DNA of 52,700 bases from a virus (IMGVR_UViG_3300046396_000007:1-52700); one strand, 5' to 3'; shown: positions 27,301 through 35,850, counted from the first letter of the stretch. A program made the numbers and translations. The notes: generated by a model not told the origin, from the letters alone.

Positions 27301-27685
27301 TATTCAATTGGCAAAAGTTGCTGCAACACCTATACCGCAATTCTATAAAGGCACACCATTAGGGGGGCACAGAGGTGGTTTAGCATGGTACGGGGAGAAA
27401 GGGAGGGAGTTGGTTGAAGAGCCTGGCAAACCAGCTTACTATTCGCCCGGTGTTGCTACGCTTGTTAACTTGCCTAAGGGAACTAAAATTACGCCTAATC
27501 ACATGCTGCCAAAAACACCTGAATGGGTATCGTCAACTACGGATAATAGGGGAGTGATAGATGCAATAGACCGGTTAGCAAGCAAAGAGCAGCCAAGACA
27601 GAGAACACCGCGTTTAGCCGGATGGGTTGAGGCTCAAAGACAGGCGGATGCTTGGAATAATACAGTAAGAAATCATTTCCGTTAA
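24314..27685 (+). CDS. tail tape measure protein
   Basis: 1123 aa with long A/E/K/Q-rich coiled-coil content and a hydrophobic segment near the C-terminus (LLGLLTGVPAVIALGAIQLAKVAA). Confidence 0.85.
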   Translation: MAGNTTAIDEVVLPEAVEQFNTLKTAGKELRTELVQLLEVAVKLNATLGGSTPANFAKNLQASTDATNKIIANNNKQIDNEQKKAAKQEEILNKYLVLLSKQEAARQQAEIKQQQRDAKEIAAAEAKAVKLQAIADKQNAEIARKAAVQFPSGPSDGYNPVTSEPDQAATRYEPIITGQENMAISANKSAEAIAVENAALIEQREVLAGLSVEYRANLELLLALQAERAENVTELKALSVEDAASGERAIFLTQRQIELGIAIRQTNLALSQQTKQMLAEDTSGARMQARLDELRVAIGNLSAAELENAEVGGIWLAEAERLDLAIKTLRGSTGDATKNVGAYTTATAIADKVSAQFVRQLVRMAAQFLLITVIFGAITWLYDWIKGLDYFTGRLDQATQNLKSFNEVQKNAASSAGEIVGKYRILSDTIKDLSISYEDRLKAATELKKLFPEELEHSTAQAIANGTEAKSLDKLTDSVVKLAKAKAAATEIEKTEGEIIALQIQRDKVNAAKSSQMDATNKGNGYDKLSFFDQLAVSQSGKPSKDDLKKIFKQQADDANKDIEAQIKLKEGTIKLLEQYGGLQKESEAIESKSTLNPKVKKPKDTANKDLLESQRIDIEIAKNKNKQILDDDNYSYDARLVALNQYIKKSKELLEKEAEILNADNNLRPQQRLNDLKKLKNQELEIDIERLKELDKLNKEEIEKHKKLLQDILTADKEHEQEQLEDLNQGAIVAAQKLNDNKENLINTKTLEFSEGKISEKQFNRDLLAINDEYNVQRIAQEITLQNTILALKEGSRDVALLQAKQNGATPAEIAKITSEANKGIDPTKNRIAELTTQYKSAVTKKKVDSAKGDDASDNEKKKALQESLGDAKDIVGDINDLVDKGYENQISKLDKVGQKIQENADIEKAAIENSLDTQANKARRQLVLDAQTASQQKAIQAEIAREKTKQARADKVAAIAEIILNTAIAASKVVAQTGLLGLLTGVPAVIALGAIQLAKVAATPIPQFYKGTPLGGHRGGLAWYGEKGRELVEEPGKPAYYSPGVATLVNLPKGTKITPNHMLPKTPEWVSSTTDNRGVIDAIDRLASKEQPRQRTPRLAGWVEAQRQADAWNNTVRNHFR

Positions 27686-27687
27686 CA

Positions 27688-30078
27688 ATGAACAGCAATC
27701 AACCGCAACCCAATAAATTTACCTACCCGTTAGAAATACGCGGAGTTGAAACAGATGTGCTTTTTAATACTCCTGATGGATGGCTGCAAACCAATATTAA
27801 GTACGGTCGGTCTAAACAGTACGGAGGTGTTATTCGTGCGTTAACAATGCCTATTAAGTATGTTAATACAGGGGCTTCATTAGTCCGTAAAGAGTTTTAT
27901 AAATATGCACAGCTATCCCGCGTTAATCAGCGAATATTAAAGAATGATCCTTTGACGTTTGTTGACGAAGAGTTATTTTTTGGCAAGTTAGATTTTTCAA
28001 AGTGGAGTGATACTCCTACAGGTGTTTCGCTAAATTTAATTGAAAACAACATCAATACACAAATTGCAGCCTACGGAGATCAGCAATATATCATTCCGTT
28101 AACCGTAAACCCTACGCAACGAGCCGCCTGGATTGCTTCACGCGGCTATGATCCAATGGTTGATATTTTATTAACACCATTACAACTACAAGAAACAGCC
28201 GATTTAATATTTAACGCCAATCCTGATTTTAGGATGAATGCTTTTTTTGCAATTAGCATTGCCGATTATCAGCAAATGAGCGTCAACCCGTCAATACAGG
28301 CTACTAATTTTTTATTCCAAGCCCCCCCTGTATTTTCAAATGACTTTTTCCATATAGCCAGAACAGATACAAAAATCCGCATATCATCGCCATTAGACCC
28401 GGTTACCGGGTTGCCTATAGCAGGCGGTATTCAAACTCTTGTTAATGGCCCAAGCGGAGGCGGTACTGGACAATATGAATTTAATATTTATAACCAAGCC
28501 GGAACGTTATTAAAAACATTAGCAACCTCCCCTGCGGTTATTCACACAACACCTTTTAATTTTCAGTTTGATTTTTCATTGGAAGTTTCAGCGGGCGATA
28601 AGTTATATTTTTATATCAAAAACATTCTTAATCCTACATTGGAAGATATAGGGCATGGGGTTCAAATAAGCAGCGGATCAATGCGGCTGACTTATTACAC
28701 CTCAACTCCTGCAACATACTGTCAAGCGTTACGCCCTAATTATATATTCGATTACTTAGTGCAGCAGATGAACGGAACCGATATGCCAGCCGTGGTAACG
28801 CAAAGTAGGCTATTAGACGGGCCTTTATATCAAGCCTGTATTACATGTTCAAATGCCATTCAAACTTCGCAGGTGTCGACTATATACCAGGCAGGGGAAA
28901 GCCTGCAATATGGGGATGAATACAAAGTATTTGGAGGCGTTATTCATTATTGGAATAGCGATGGTGTGGCTACTAATTATAATCCCGGTGATATATTTAA
29001 GGCTTTTTTGCCGCACGATACATTTACGACTGATCCAGATCAGGATGGATTTGTACAGCAGCAAAATAACAACCCTCAAATATTATTGTCCTATAATACT
29101 TTTTTCAAAGCCATCCGCGGTGTTATGGGAGCTCAACTAGGTACTGGATTAGATCCGACAAATGCAAATAAATACTGCATGGAAGATTTACGGTATTTCT
29201 ATAGACCAACCGCTAAAAGCGCAACGCCAAATCAGGCGGCTTTAGATTTGGGTATTAATATTGATATTAATTCGCCAAACTTACAGGTAGCGGAGGATTT
29301 AATAGTTAACGGAATAAAAGGAGGGTATGCAAATCCGCAGTTAACCGCTTTAAATGGTGGCAAAGAAGTTAACGCTGGTGTGGTTTATGGCACTAAAATT
29401 ACTACAACATCAAATATTTTAGATATTACTTGTCCTATAAATGCAAGCCCATATGCAATCGAAGAAAAACGGATACAGCCAGGATTCAATCAGCCATCAA
29501 GCGGGCTATCAGGGTCGTTTTATTTAAATTCAGCAGCATCCCGTTCAGATAATGATAACCATTTCGTATGGGTTAAGCCTAATTCAGAACCCGAGCAAAC
29601 GTATTACCAACCCTTAACCGTTGCCGAAGGATGCCTGTCTTATTCCGGTGTTGATGCTGGATGTTATAATTGGCCTTTATCACCCATGCAAAATCTGCAA
29701 CGCGGGTCAAACTACTTGGCTTCTATATTCGACAAAATGCAGGGTTATACCATTTACTTAACGGGAGCCGATAAAAACACATCTATGATAACTGTTGATT
29801 TAAACGGGCGAAGAGTTGCAGAGGGCGAAGTGGTTAATATTAGCGATTTAGGGGCGCAAATATTTTTGCCGTATTACGATTTAATAACTACGGGGATGCA
29901 ATTCAATGCAGAGCGGATGTTAAGCGTAAACCCATTTGGGGAGGTCTGGTATATGTACAGGGGCATTAATTGGAAGTCATTTATACAGGATGTTTCAGTT
30001 GATTGTGGTAGTAATTCGCCGCAAGGCATAAAGGTGTTATTGGCGCCAAGTAATGATTTAACTTTAAGGGAATTTTAG
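27688..30078 (+). CDS. tail tip / distal tail protein (796 aa)
   Basis: Lies directly after the tape measure. Ends in TAG 30076-30078. Confidence 0.55.
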   Translation: MNSNQPQPNKFTYPLEIRGVETDVLFNTPDGWLQTNIKYGRSKQYGGVIRALTMPIKYVNTGASLVRKEFYKYAQLSRVNQRILKNDPLTFVDEELFFGKLDFSKWSDTPTGVSLNLIENNINTQIAAYGDQQYIIPLTVNPTQRAAWIASRGYDPMVDILLTPLQLQETADLIFNANPDFRMNAFFAISIADYQQMSVNPSIQATNFLFQAPPVFSNDFFHIARTDTKIRISSPLDPVTGLPIAGGIQTLVNGPSGGGTGQYEFNIYNQAGTLLKTLATSPAVIHTTPFNFQFDFSLEVSAGDKLYFYIKNILNPTLEDIGHGVQISSGSMRLTYYTSTPATYCQALRPNYIFDYLVQQMNGTDMPAVVTQSRLLDGPLYQACITCSNAIQTSQVSTIYQAGESLQYGDEYKVFGGVIHYWNSDGVATNYNPGDIFKAFLPHDTFTTDPDQDGFVQQQNNNPQILLSYNTFFKAIRGVMGAQLGTGLDPTNANKYCMEDLRYFYRPTAKSATPNQAALDLGINIDINSPNLQVAEDLIVNGIKGGYANPQLTALNGGKEVNAGVVYGTKITTTSNILDITCPINASPYAIEEKRIQPGFNQPSSGLSGSFYLNSAASRSDNDNHFVWVKPNSEPEQTYYQPLTVAEGCLSYSGVDAGCYNWPLSPMQNLQRGSNYLASIFDKMQGYTIYLTGADKNTSMITVDLNGRRVAEGEVVNISDLGAQIFLPYYDLITTGMQFNAERMLSVNPFGEVWYMYRGINWKSFIQDVSVDCGSNSPQGIKVLLAPSNDLTLREF

Positions 30079-30090
30079 TACATTTACCGT

Positions 30091-30246
30091 ATGAAACAAT
30101 GCAATAAAGTTAACACCAAAGGCAAAAAGCATGCGCCCGTTTATTATACAGGCATAGCGAAATGGCCGTCAACCAATTGTATTTGCGGCGCTTATTCAAT
30201 TTGTTTATGTCACAAGCCGGAGCCGGTTGAGGCCGCTAAAAAGTAA
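30091..30246 (+). CDS. Cys-rich micro-protein (51 aa), in the same frame as the upstream 796-aa ORF
   Basis: ATG 30091 reads MKQCNKVNTKGKKHAPVYYTGIAKWPSTNCICGAYSICLCHKPEPVEAAKK. Its TAA overlaps the next ATG (TAATG). Confidence 0.4.
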   Translation: MKQCNKVNTKGKKHAPVYYTGIAKWPSTNCICGAYSICLCHKPEPVEAAKK

Positions 30247-32354
30247 TGAGTGGAGTTTTCTACATATCAGGATTGAATGGTTTTCGCTGGACATTGGAAA
30301 CTATTTCGCTAAATCCAAATTTAAACTCATTGCCAGCAGATAGCGAAATTGATTTGCAATCATATCCAGCACCAATCCAAAAGACAGATACAGCATTCCC
30401 GGCTTTAGTTTTGCTATCCGATTTTCCGGATATGACATTGCAATTTTTAACCTGTCAAAACCAAGTAATAGCAACGCCATCATTAGGGGCAACTTCGTCA
30501 AGCATTGTCGGGCAAACATTTTTGCAGTATTTGGCAACAGTTGATTTTTCAGCGTTCCCGATTGGCAGATGCTACGGGCGCGTAAGTTATGATGCTAATT
30601 TACCAGCTTCAATAAATAGTAAACTAACAGAGTTATTAAGCCCTTTTATTGACGGTAATTTAATTACCACGATTAATGGTGTTGACGTTTCTACATTGGT
30701 TAGTGCAGGCACTTATTCAGGTATTGGTGTTGCAGGACAGACGTACGTATTCAAGGCACAGAGTTTACTTGCTTCTGGGGCTGCAAATCCGCGTATAAGG
30801 ATGACTATAACAAAAACGGTTGATAATGTCGCAACTGTTATTTATGATCATTCACAGGTTTGTAACGGCGCTAATTTATTCACAAAATCAGGTATAATTC
30901 AACCAGGCGCATCTTATAGCGCCATTGTTGTTACTGAAGATACATCGGTTGTAATTTCACCCATTGATATTGCTGATGATTCACCAGTTACGGCAAATGT
31001 GCAGTCATGGATCAGTTGCCCTATTGATGTGCAACAAAATCATCCCGACACGCAATTGATTCAGTATCAAAATTCAGAAAATACAGAAAGTGTTTTATTT
31101 CATCCATCCGAACTAATTTTACAGATGCGTATCGCCGGTAATTTTACGGGCGGCTACCAGGCAAAGGCTAATAGGCAAACTTTTGAAGATCAACCTTATA
31201 ATCCTGTTTTATTAAACGGATTTAATTACGATATTTATACTCATTATTTAGGTGGTGATGATTTTCAATTCCCGGATTGGGTGATAAAGAAATTGAACCT
31301 AATATGGGCAAAATGCGATCAGGTTAAGATTGATTATGAGTTTTATGTTGCAGCTGGGGATTTTAAAAGTGAACGTCCTATTTACACACGTAATCGGAAC
31401 GGCTATAATTATGAACTGGATCTGCAAATAGTAAAAGGTTTTGAATTTGGACAATTAACAGCGGGGGCAACTCCTACAGGAGATTTAATAGTGGTAAGAA
31501 AAACTTGGCCTGCAACAACGCCTTTCCCAAACTTCACAACATCATTTGCTATAAATGGCGTTTTTAGTCAATACAGCACATTGGATTATTTGCAAACAAT
31601 TAATCCGGATTTAGCAACATTTACGATAAAACTCGGAACTACGATAGGCGGAAATGAAATCTATGAGGGTGAAATAGGTACGCCAAATACAGATGCAAGT
31701 ATTGAATTAATTGAGATCCATGATATAGGGACTGGTTTTAATTCAGCAACAACGGTTTATTGTACCTTACCACCGGGTGTCAATATACAGGCTATACTTG
31801 TTTACGATCAACTAGATAGTCCGGCTGTTAGCGTTCCATCAAGTGGCGGGGGCGGTATTCCGCAAGGGACTATTGCGTATTATAAAGAGCTTGTGGCTGG
31901 CTATTTTACCCGTGATTGGGATATTGCAACAGGACTTGGCCAAGTCGGGTCATTATATGAGGGATGCCAAATATATGATGAAGCAGCTGGGCGTGTGCTA
32001 GTTGCATGGGATAGGGCAACCATTGATCCTGCGGCAGGACGCGGCACACCAGGTATTACAGGGGCATTACAGGTAGGGAATGTCGGTAACTTGGTTACAT
32101 TGACACAGGCGCAATTGCCAGCAGTTGGGTTGAATATGTTTGCAGATCAGGTAAATACTACCGATTCAGATTTTCCAACAATAACAGATCCGGTAGCTAA
32201 AGAGAATAACCAATCAATAGTGCAGCGCAGATGTTATTCGGTGCGTAAAGGCACAATTGAGCCAACTATAGGCCGAACCGCTAAAATGGGTGCCGGAACT
32301 GCTATAAGCGTTGCAAATGATGGTTTAATTATGCTTTGCTACATAAAATTATGA
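30246..32354 (+). CDS. tail/baseplate protein, possible receptor-binding component (702 aa)
   Basis: ORF track. Position in the tail module. Confidence 0.55.
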   Translation: MSGVFYISGLNGFRWTLETISLNPNLNSLPADSEIDLQSYPAPIQKTDTAFPALVLLSDFPDMTLQFLTCQNQVIATPSLGATSSSIVGQTFLQYLATVDFSAFPIGRCYGRVSYDANLPASINSKLTELLSPFIDGNLITTINGVDVSTLVSAGTYSGIGVAGQTYVFKAQSLLASGAANPRIRMTITKTVDNVATVIYDHSQVCNGANLFTKSGIIQPGASYSAIVVTEDTSVVISPIDIADDSPVTANVQSWISCPIDVQQNHPDTQLIQYQNSENTESVLFHPSELILQMRIAGNFTGGYQAKANRQTFEDQPYNPVLLNGFNYDIYTHYLGGDDFQFPDWVIKKLNLIWAKCDQVKIDYEFYVAAGDFKSERPIYTRNRNGYNYELDLQIVKGFEFGQLTAGATPTGDLIVVRKTWPATTPFPNFTTSFAINGVFSQYSTLDYLQTINPDLATFTIKLGTTIGGNEIYEGEIGTPNTDASIELIEIHDIGTGFNSATTVYCTLPPGVNIQAILVYDQLDSPAVSVPSSGGGGIPQGTIAYYKELVAGYFTRDWDIATGLGQVGSLYEGCQIYDEAAGRVLVAWDRATIDPAAGRGTPGITGALQVGNVGNLVTLTQAQLPAVGLNMFADQVNTTDSDFPTITDPVAKENNQSIVQRRCYSVRKGTIEPTIGRTAKMGAGTAISVANDGLIMLCYIKL

Positions 32355-32758
32355 AACACGAAAGCGTAATAAGCCGGATAATATCAGCCATTAAGGGTAA
32401 CAAAATTGCCGTTCGTGAAAATCTTTTTTATGATACTTTAAAAGGTAATTTAGATTTTGGGTTAGATGACGTTCCTAACATGAGGGCGGTGTTATCGGCA
32501 AATTCTGGCGGGGTGCAAAATCCGTTTGCTTCAGTATCGGGTATTACTATCAACTGGCAAACAGATCTTGCAGATGGAGTTAATACATATGCTGCATTGC
32601 TTGGTAATATATTCCCCCGTCCTGTAGTTGCGATCCTATCCACCGGGACTACTTATGTTTACCCTGGTACATTACCTACCGTTGACTTCGATGGCACACT
32701 CATTAATACCGTTACCCTTGATTGGGGAAGCGTTGGGAATGGATTTGTGAGGTGGTAG
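32336..32758 (+). CDS. hypothetical tail-module protein (140 aa)
   Basis: ORF track. It is the last gene of the long plus-strand block. Confidence 0.55.
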   Translation: MLHKIMKHESVISRIISAIKGNKIAVRENLFYDTLKGNLDFGLDDVPNMRAVLSANSGGVQNPFASVSGITINWQTDLADGVNTYAALLGNIFPRPVVAILSTGTTYVYPGTLPTVDFDGTLINTVTLDWGSVGNGFVRW

Positions 32759-32761
32759 GGG

Positions 32762-32968
32762 TTAATCTTCATAGTCATTCCAATCGATATAGGCGGTGTC
32801 TATTCCGTCATCATTTCCATCATCTACCATAACGCCACCCTCTAATCCACATTCAACACATTGCGCTAAATCGCCATCATACGCATATCCATCGGGGGCG
32901 CTTGTATATATTTCTGCTTCATTGCCGCATCTTGGACAATTATCTTCAAAATGTTTCCAGTCTTTCAT
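32762..32968 (-). CDS. zinc-ribbon protein with an acidic tail (68 aa)
   Basis: CPRC ... CVEC, with a D/E-rich C-terminus. Confidence 0.6.
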   Translation of the reverse strand: MKDWKHFEDNCPRCGNEAEIYTSAPDGYAYDGDLAQCVECGLEGGVMVDDGNDDGIDTAYIDWNDYED

Positions 32969-33069
32969 CTCAAAATAAATATTAAAATCAGTATTGTTAA
33001 TATAAAAGGCGCTAAAATAACTATTAACGCAATTGAGGCTATTAGGTAGTATAGGAGGAGGGTTTTCAT
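32965..33069 (-). CDS. hydrophobic micro-peptide (34 aa)
   Basis: Reads MKTLLLYYLIASIALIVILAPFILTILILIFILR. ATGA overlap with the downstream gene. Confidence 0.35.
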   Translation of the reverse strand: MKTLLLYYLIASIALIVILAPFILTILILIFILR

Positions 33070-33072
33070 AAG

Positions 33073-33480
33073 TTAATACGCTTTATTGTGTTTGTATGGA
33101 CGTGTAGAGTTGTATATTAACTTCTGCTCAATATGCCAATCAATATCTATTTTCATAGCGCCACAAACATCAAGTACACGGATAATAATGTCTGCCATTT
33201 CATCCTCGAAAGTATTTTTAATTGAAGTCTCAAAAGCATCTGAAAATCTGTTTTTTGAATTAATTATTTGCTCAACACCACCACTAATAACAATTGTAGG
33301 CAATTGAATATTAGAAGCGTGTTTATTTTTACGATCAGCTTCGCAAGCCTCTGCAACTTCTGTTACAATCAGCATTAATACTTCGCCTATATTTTTAGCT
33401 TTAATACCACCATCCTAAAAACCTTTCTTCTCATTGTTAGAATGGATTGATTTTGATAATTCATTTAAATTTGTTTTCAT
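33073..33480 (-). CDS. mazG: MazG-like nucleoside triphosphate pyrophosphohydrolase with an in-frame TAG at codon 22 (33415-33417)
   Basis: ...VTEVAEACEADRK...EDEMADIIIRVLDVCGAMKIDIDWHIEQKLIYNSTRPYKHNK fits the MazG family. ATG 33480 gives MKTNLNELSKSIHSNNEKKGF, then TAG, then DGGIKAKNIGEVLMLIVTEV... in the same frame. Confidence 0.7.
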
Positions 33481-33501
33481 ATCGTTGTTTTTATTGAGAG
33501 G

Positions 33502-33747
33502 TTAAAAAGGTAAATCGTCTAATGAATCACGGATCTCTTTTTCAGTAGGGATATAATTATCTCTTATAAAATCGTCTGCAAATTCAAGATCGCCATAACT
33601 ACCAGTACTAACCATGTCATATAATTGATTAATTACATTACAGGCATGTTGAACTTCTTGCTCTAAGTCTTTCATTTCAACATCGCGTATATAATTTATT
33701 TCGGTTAACAACTGCTCACATCCGCAATTACAATTAGTGTTTTTCAT
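33502..33747 (-). CDS. hypothetical protein (81 aa, Cys-rich N-terminus)
   Basis: ORF track. Confidence 0.55.
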   Translation of the reverse strand: MKNTNCNCGCEQLLTEINYIRDVEMKDLEQEVQHACNVINQLYDMVSTGSYGDLEFADDFIRDNYIPTEKEIRDSLDDLPF

Positions 33748-33932
33748 ACTCCAAACTCTCCATTTTTAAAACTCAATTCCGGGAATGGCTTGGCGTGTGA
33801 GGGTAGGGTGCCGGGGCCGGGCATACTGCTTGCACTTACTAATGCTTTACGCGCTTGCTCGATTAATAGATTTTGCGCATGCAACATGGCTTTAATATTG
33901 GCTACTCTGATTTTAATTTCGTTCTTTTTCAT
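33744..33932 (-). CDS. hypothetical protein (62 aa)
   Basis: ORF track. ATGA overlap with the downstream gene. Confidence 0.55.
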   Translation of the reverse strand: MKKNEIKIRVANIKAMLHAQNLLIEQARKALVSASSMPGPGTLPSHAKPFPELSFKNGEFGV

Positions 33933-33946
33933 AATTTTTATTTTTG

Positions 33947-34017
33947 TGCATGCGGGGCGATTCGAACACCCATCTTCAGAATGAAAATCTGATTCTCTGC
34001 CTTTAAGTTACATATGC
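33947..34017 (-). tRNA. tRNA-Glu (anticodon TTC), no encoded CCA
   Basis: Hand-folded cloverleaf. Acceptor GCATATG/CGCATGC has one A-C mismatch and one G-U. D arm is CTT-AAAGGCA-GAG. Anticodon stem TCAGA/TCTGA carries loop TTTTCAT. Variable loop is 4 nt. T arm is GGGTG-TTCGAAT-CGCCC. Confidence 0.65.
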
Positions 34018-34043
34018 TGCCTGCCGGCCCTTGCGAATAAGTT

Positions 34044-34208
34044 CTAAGCGCTATCTTGCACCAACATTCCAGTTTTTAATACTGGCAAAATCTTTCTTAC
34101 TTTCTCCACCCTTACCACTTCCCCACACACCGTACAATAGATTGTTATTGTTGTGGATGTGCCGGATTGAACGATTGATGGATGAGCGCAATTGGTTGGT
34201 TTTTTCAT
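34044..34208 (-). CDS. zinc-ribbon-like micro-protein (54 aa)
   Basis: ATG 34208 reads MKKPTNCAHPSIVQSGTSTTITIYCTVCGEVVRVEKVRKILPVLKTGMLVQDSA and ends at TAG 34044-34046. Confidence 0.4.
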   Translation of the reverse strand: MKKPTNCAHPSIVQSGTSTTITIYCTVCGEVVRVEKVRKILPVLKTGMLVQDSA

Positions 34209-34264
34209 ATATAAACTTTAATTTCTAATCCGTAAAGTTTCTTTTATTTGATAGTTAGATACCA

Positions 34265-34477
34265 TTACTTCAAATAAATGTCTACAATCGCTTTATTTTG
34301 CACCTTGTACCGCTTTTTATAATCCATTGATTTAAGCAGGTTTTTGATGATAAATTTTGCTCTTTTTTCGCCAATATAATCACCTAATCTATTGATTGAA
34401 ACCAAAAATCTTTTGCGAGGTTTGCCGGGCTTGGTTTTTAGTTGGATGACTACGTTATAGGTTTGTTTTAGCTTCAT
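34265..34477 (-). CDS. hypothetical basic protein (70 aa)
   Basis: ORF track. Confidence 0.55.
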   Translation of the reverse strand: MKLKQTYNVVIQLKTKPGKPRKRFLVSINRLGDYIGEKRAKFIIKNLLKSMDYKKRYKVQNKAIVDIYLK

Positions 34478-34707
34478 GGTATAACTGCTAAAATTGCGCC
34501 TACTATAGCATTATAAACAGCATCTTCATTATTGCAAAGATTTAATTCGCAATCAATGACATTTTCTAAGCATATTTTACGTTGCTCAATACAGGCCTCA
34601 TTTGCAAATATCCTCATAGCCTCTAAAATGTATATATGAACTTCAACTGGACACTGGTATGGCATTATATCAATCATTTTTTTTAGGATCTCATCTGCAC
34701 TTTTCAT
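34474..34707 (-). CDS. hypothetical protein (77 aa)
   Basis: ORF track. ATGA overlaps. Confidence 0.55.
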   Translation of the reverse strand: MKSADEILKKMIDIMPYQCPVEVHIYILEAMRIFANEACIEQRKICLENVIDCELNLCNNEDAVYNAIVGAILAVIP

Positions 34708-34871
34708 ATAAACAAATTTGCATAAATTAATAATAAACTTTTTCGTTCCTGGTAAAAGTTAGGCGGGAACATTTCGGGATAGTCGTGGATGGTGCTTACA
34801 ATGTGCTGCACATCTTCACAGCAATTGGCATTATCTAATAGGTCTAGTATTTCGTCGGGGCGGTAGATCAT
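34704..34871 (-). CDS. hypothetical small protein (55 aa)
   Basis: ATG 34871 reads MIYRPDEILDLLDNANCCEDVQHIVSTIHDYPEMFPPNFYQERKSLLLIYANLFI. ATGA overlaps at both ends. Confidence 0.45.
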   Translation of the reverse strand: MIYRPDEILDLLDNANCCEDVQHIVSTIHDYPEMFPPNFYQERKSLLLIYANLFI

Positions 34872-35101
34872 GATTCGATTTTATTTAATTGTATTATAAT
34901 TTCATCTGCAATAATTACCGCAGCTTCAATATAATCTACACATGAACCTTGTTTAATTTCTCCGAGCGAATATTGATTAGTGGCTAATAAGCCTATCATT
35001 GCTTGCCCTACATAATAGTCCCGGATGCTCATACCGTATTCCGGCTGGGCATTATTGTGGTCTCCGGTTGGAAATGCGCTATTTATGGCTGTTATTTTCA
35101 T
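34868..35101 (-). CDS. hypothetical protein (77 aa)
   Basis: ORF track. GMSIRDYYVGQAMIGLLA... resembles a widespread small phage protein family, from memory only. Confidence 0.55.
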   Translation of the reverse strand: MKITAINSAFPTGDHNNAQPEYGMSIRDYYVGQAMIGLLATNQYSLGEIKQGSCVDYIEAAVIIADEIIIQLNKIES

Positions 35102-35358
35102 GACACAAACCCCCTAACTTCCTCCTCAACCATTTCCGGCCTTACCGCCATAAGTTCAACCTTAAAATATATTTTGGCACACTCAAGCATTGTTGACGGA
35201 CTTGTGAGCATCCCGTTTTCAAGCTTTAATTCCATATCCTCAATGAATACCATTGCGCGTTCCTGCGGGGATAATATTGAGTGATATTCTTTTCCGCGTA
35301 CTTTATAGGCATCCCCGCTAAATGGATACGCTTTGCCTTTTTTTGCTGATTGGGTCAT
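35098..35358 (-). CDS. hypothetical protein (86 aa)
   Basis: ORF track. Confidence 0.55.
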   Translation of the reverse strand: MTQSAKKGKAYPFSGDAYKVRGKEYHSILSPQERAMVFIEDMELKLENGMLTSPSTMLECAKIYFKVELMAVRPEMVEEEVRGFVS

Positions 35359-35612
35359 GGTTGGTTAGTTTGAGATTGTTGAACTATAAATGATTGCCAT
35401 AATTGATAATGTTTATTTGAAATTTGCAATATTCTTTCGCTATAAGAGCCGTTAATTTTGTTTATTTTAGAAAATTTGTTTATCAATTTTTTAATCTCAA
35501 CTCCGTAATATTTATTTGGTTTACCAGCACCTCTAAAATCAAGTTCGATAAACTTAGAGGCATAATTACCAAGTCCGCTTTCGGCTAATGTCCATTGCTG
35601 AAACCTGCTCAT
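35355..35612 (-). CDS. hypothetical protein (85 aa)
   Basis: ORF track. Confidence 0.55.
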   Translation of the reverse strand: MSRFQQWTLAESGLGNYASKFIELDFRGAGKPNKYYGVEIKKLINKFSKINKINGSYSERILQISNKHYQLWQSFIVQQSQTNQP

Positions 35613-35613
35613 T

Positions 35614-35850
35614 TTACTTTATGGTTTTAATGATTAGTGTGCCGACTTTTTTAACTTCACAGTCAATTGGATAGTGATAGCATTCGCCATATTTAGAATT
35701 GAGCCATACGCCACCATTTCCAATGCGTTCAGTAATGGCAACCATTTGACTGCCAACTTGTAAGTGATCTTCGCATATTGTTGCGTAGGTATTCCCCGGT
35801 AGCACTTCCCAAACATCAATACGCTGCCCTATTTGTAGATTTGTGTTCAT
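35614..35850 (-). CDS. hypothetical protein (78 aa)
   Basis: ORF track. Confidence 0.55.
   Translation of the reverse strand: MNTNLQIGQRIDVWEVLPGNTYATICEDHLQVGSQMVAITERIGNGGVWLNSKYGECYHYPIDCEVKKVGTLIIKTIK

Noticed and set aside
33947-34017. The tRNA as an amber suppressor, or as an attP remnant of a host tRNA
   Set aside because: Once the anticodon stem TCAGA/TCTGA is recognised, the loop is TTTTCAT (anticodon TTC, Glu), not CTA. A full cloverleaf is present, and no integrase exists in the genome, so an attP fragment is unlikely.
34031-34228. Plus-strand ORF 34031..34228, and also 33790..33984, 36640..36906, 36167..36370
   Set aside because: They lie antisense within a tightly packed minus-strand operon. 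Minus-strand micro-ORFs, the tRNA and a minus-strand terminator account for the same sequence.
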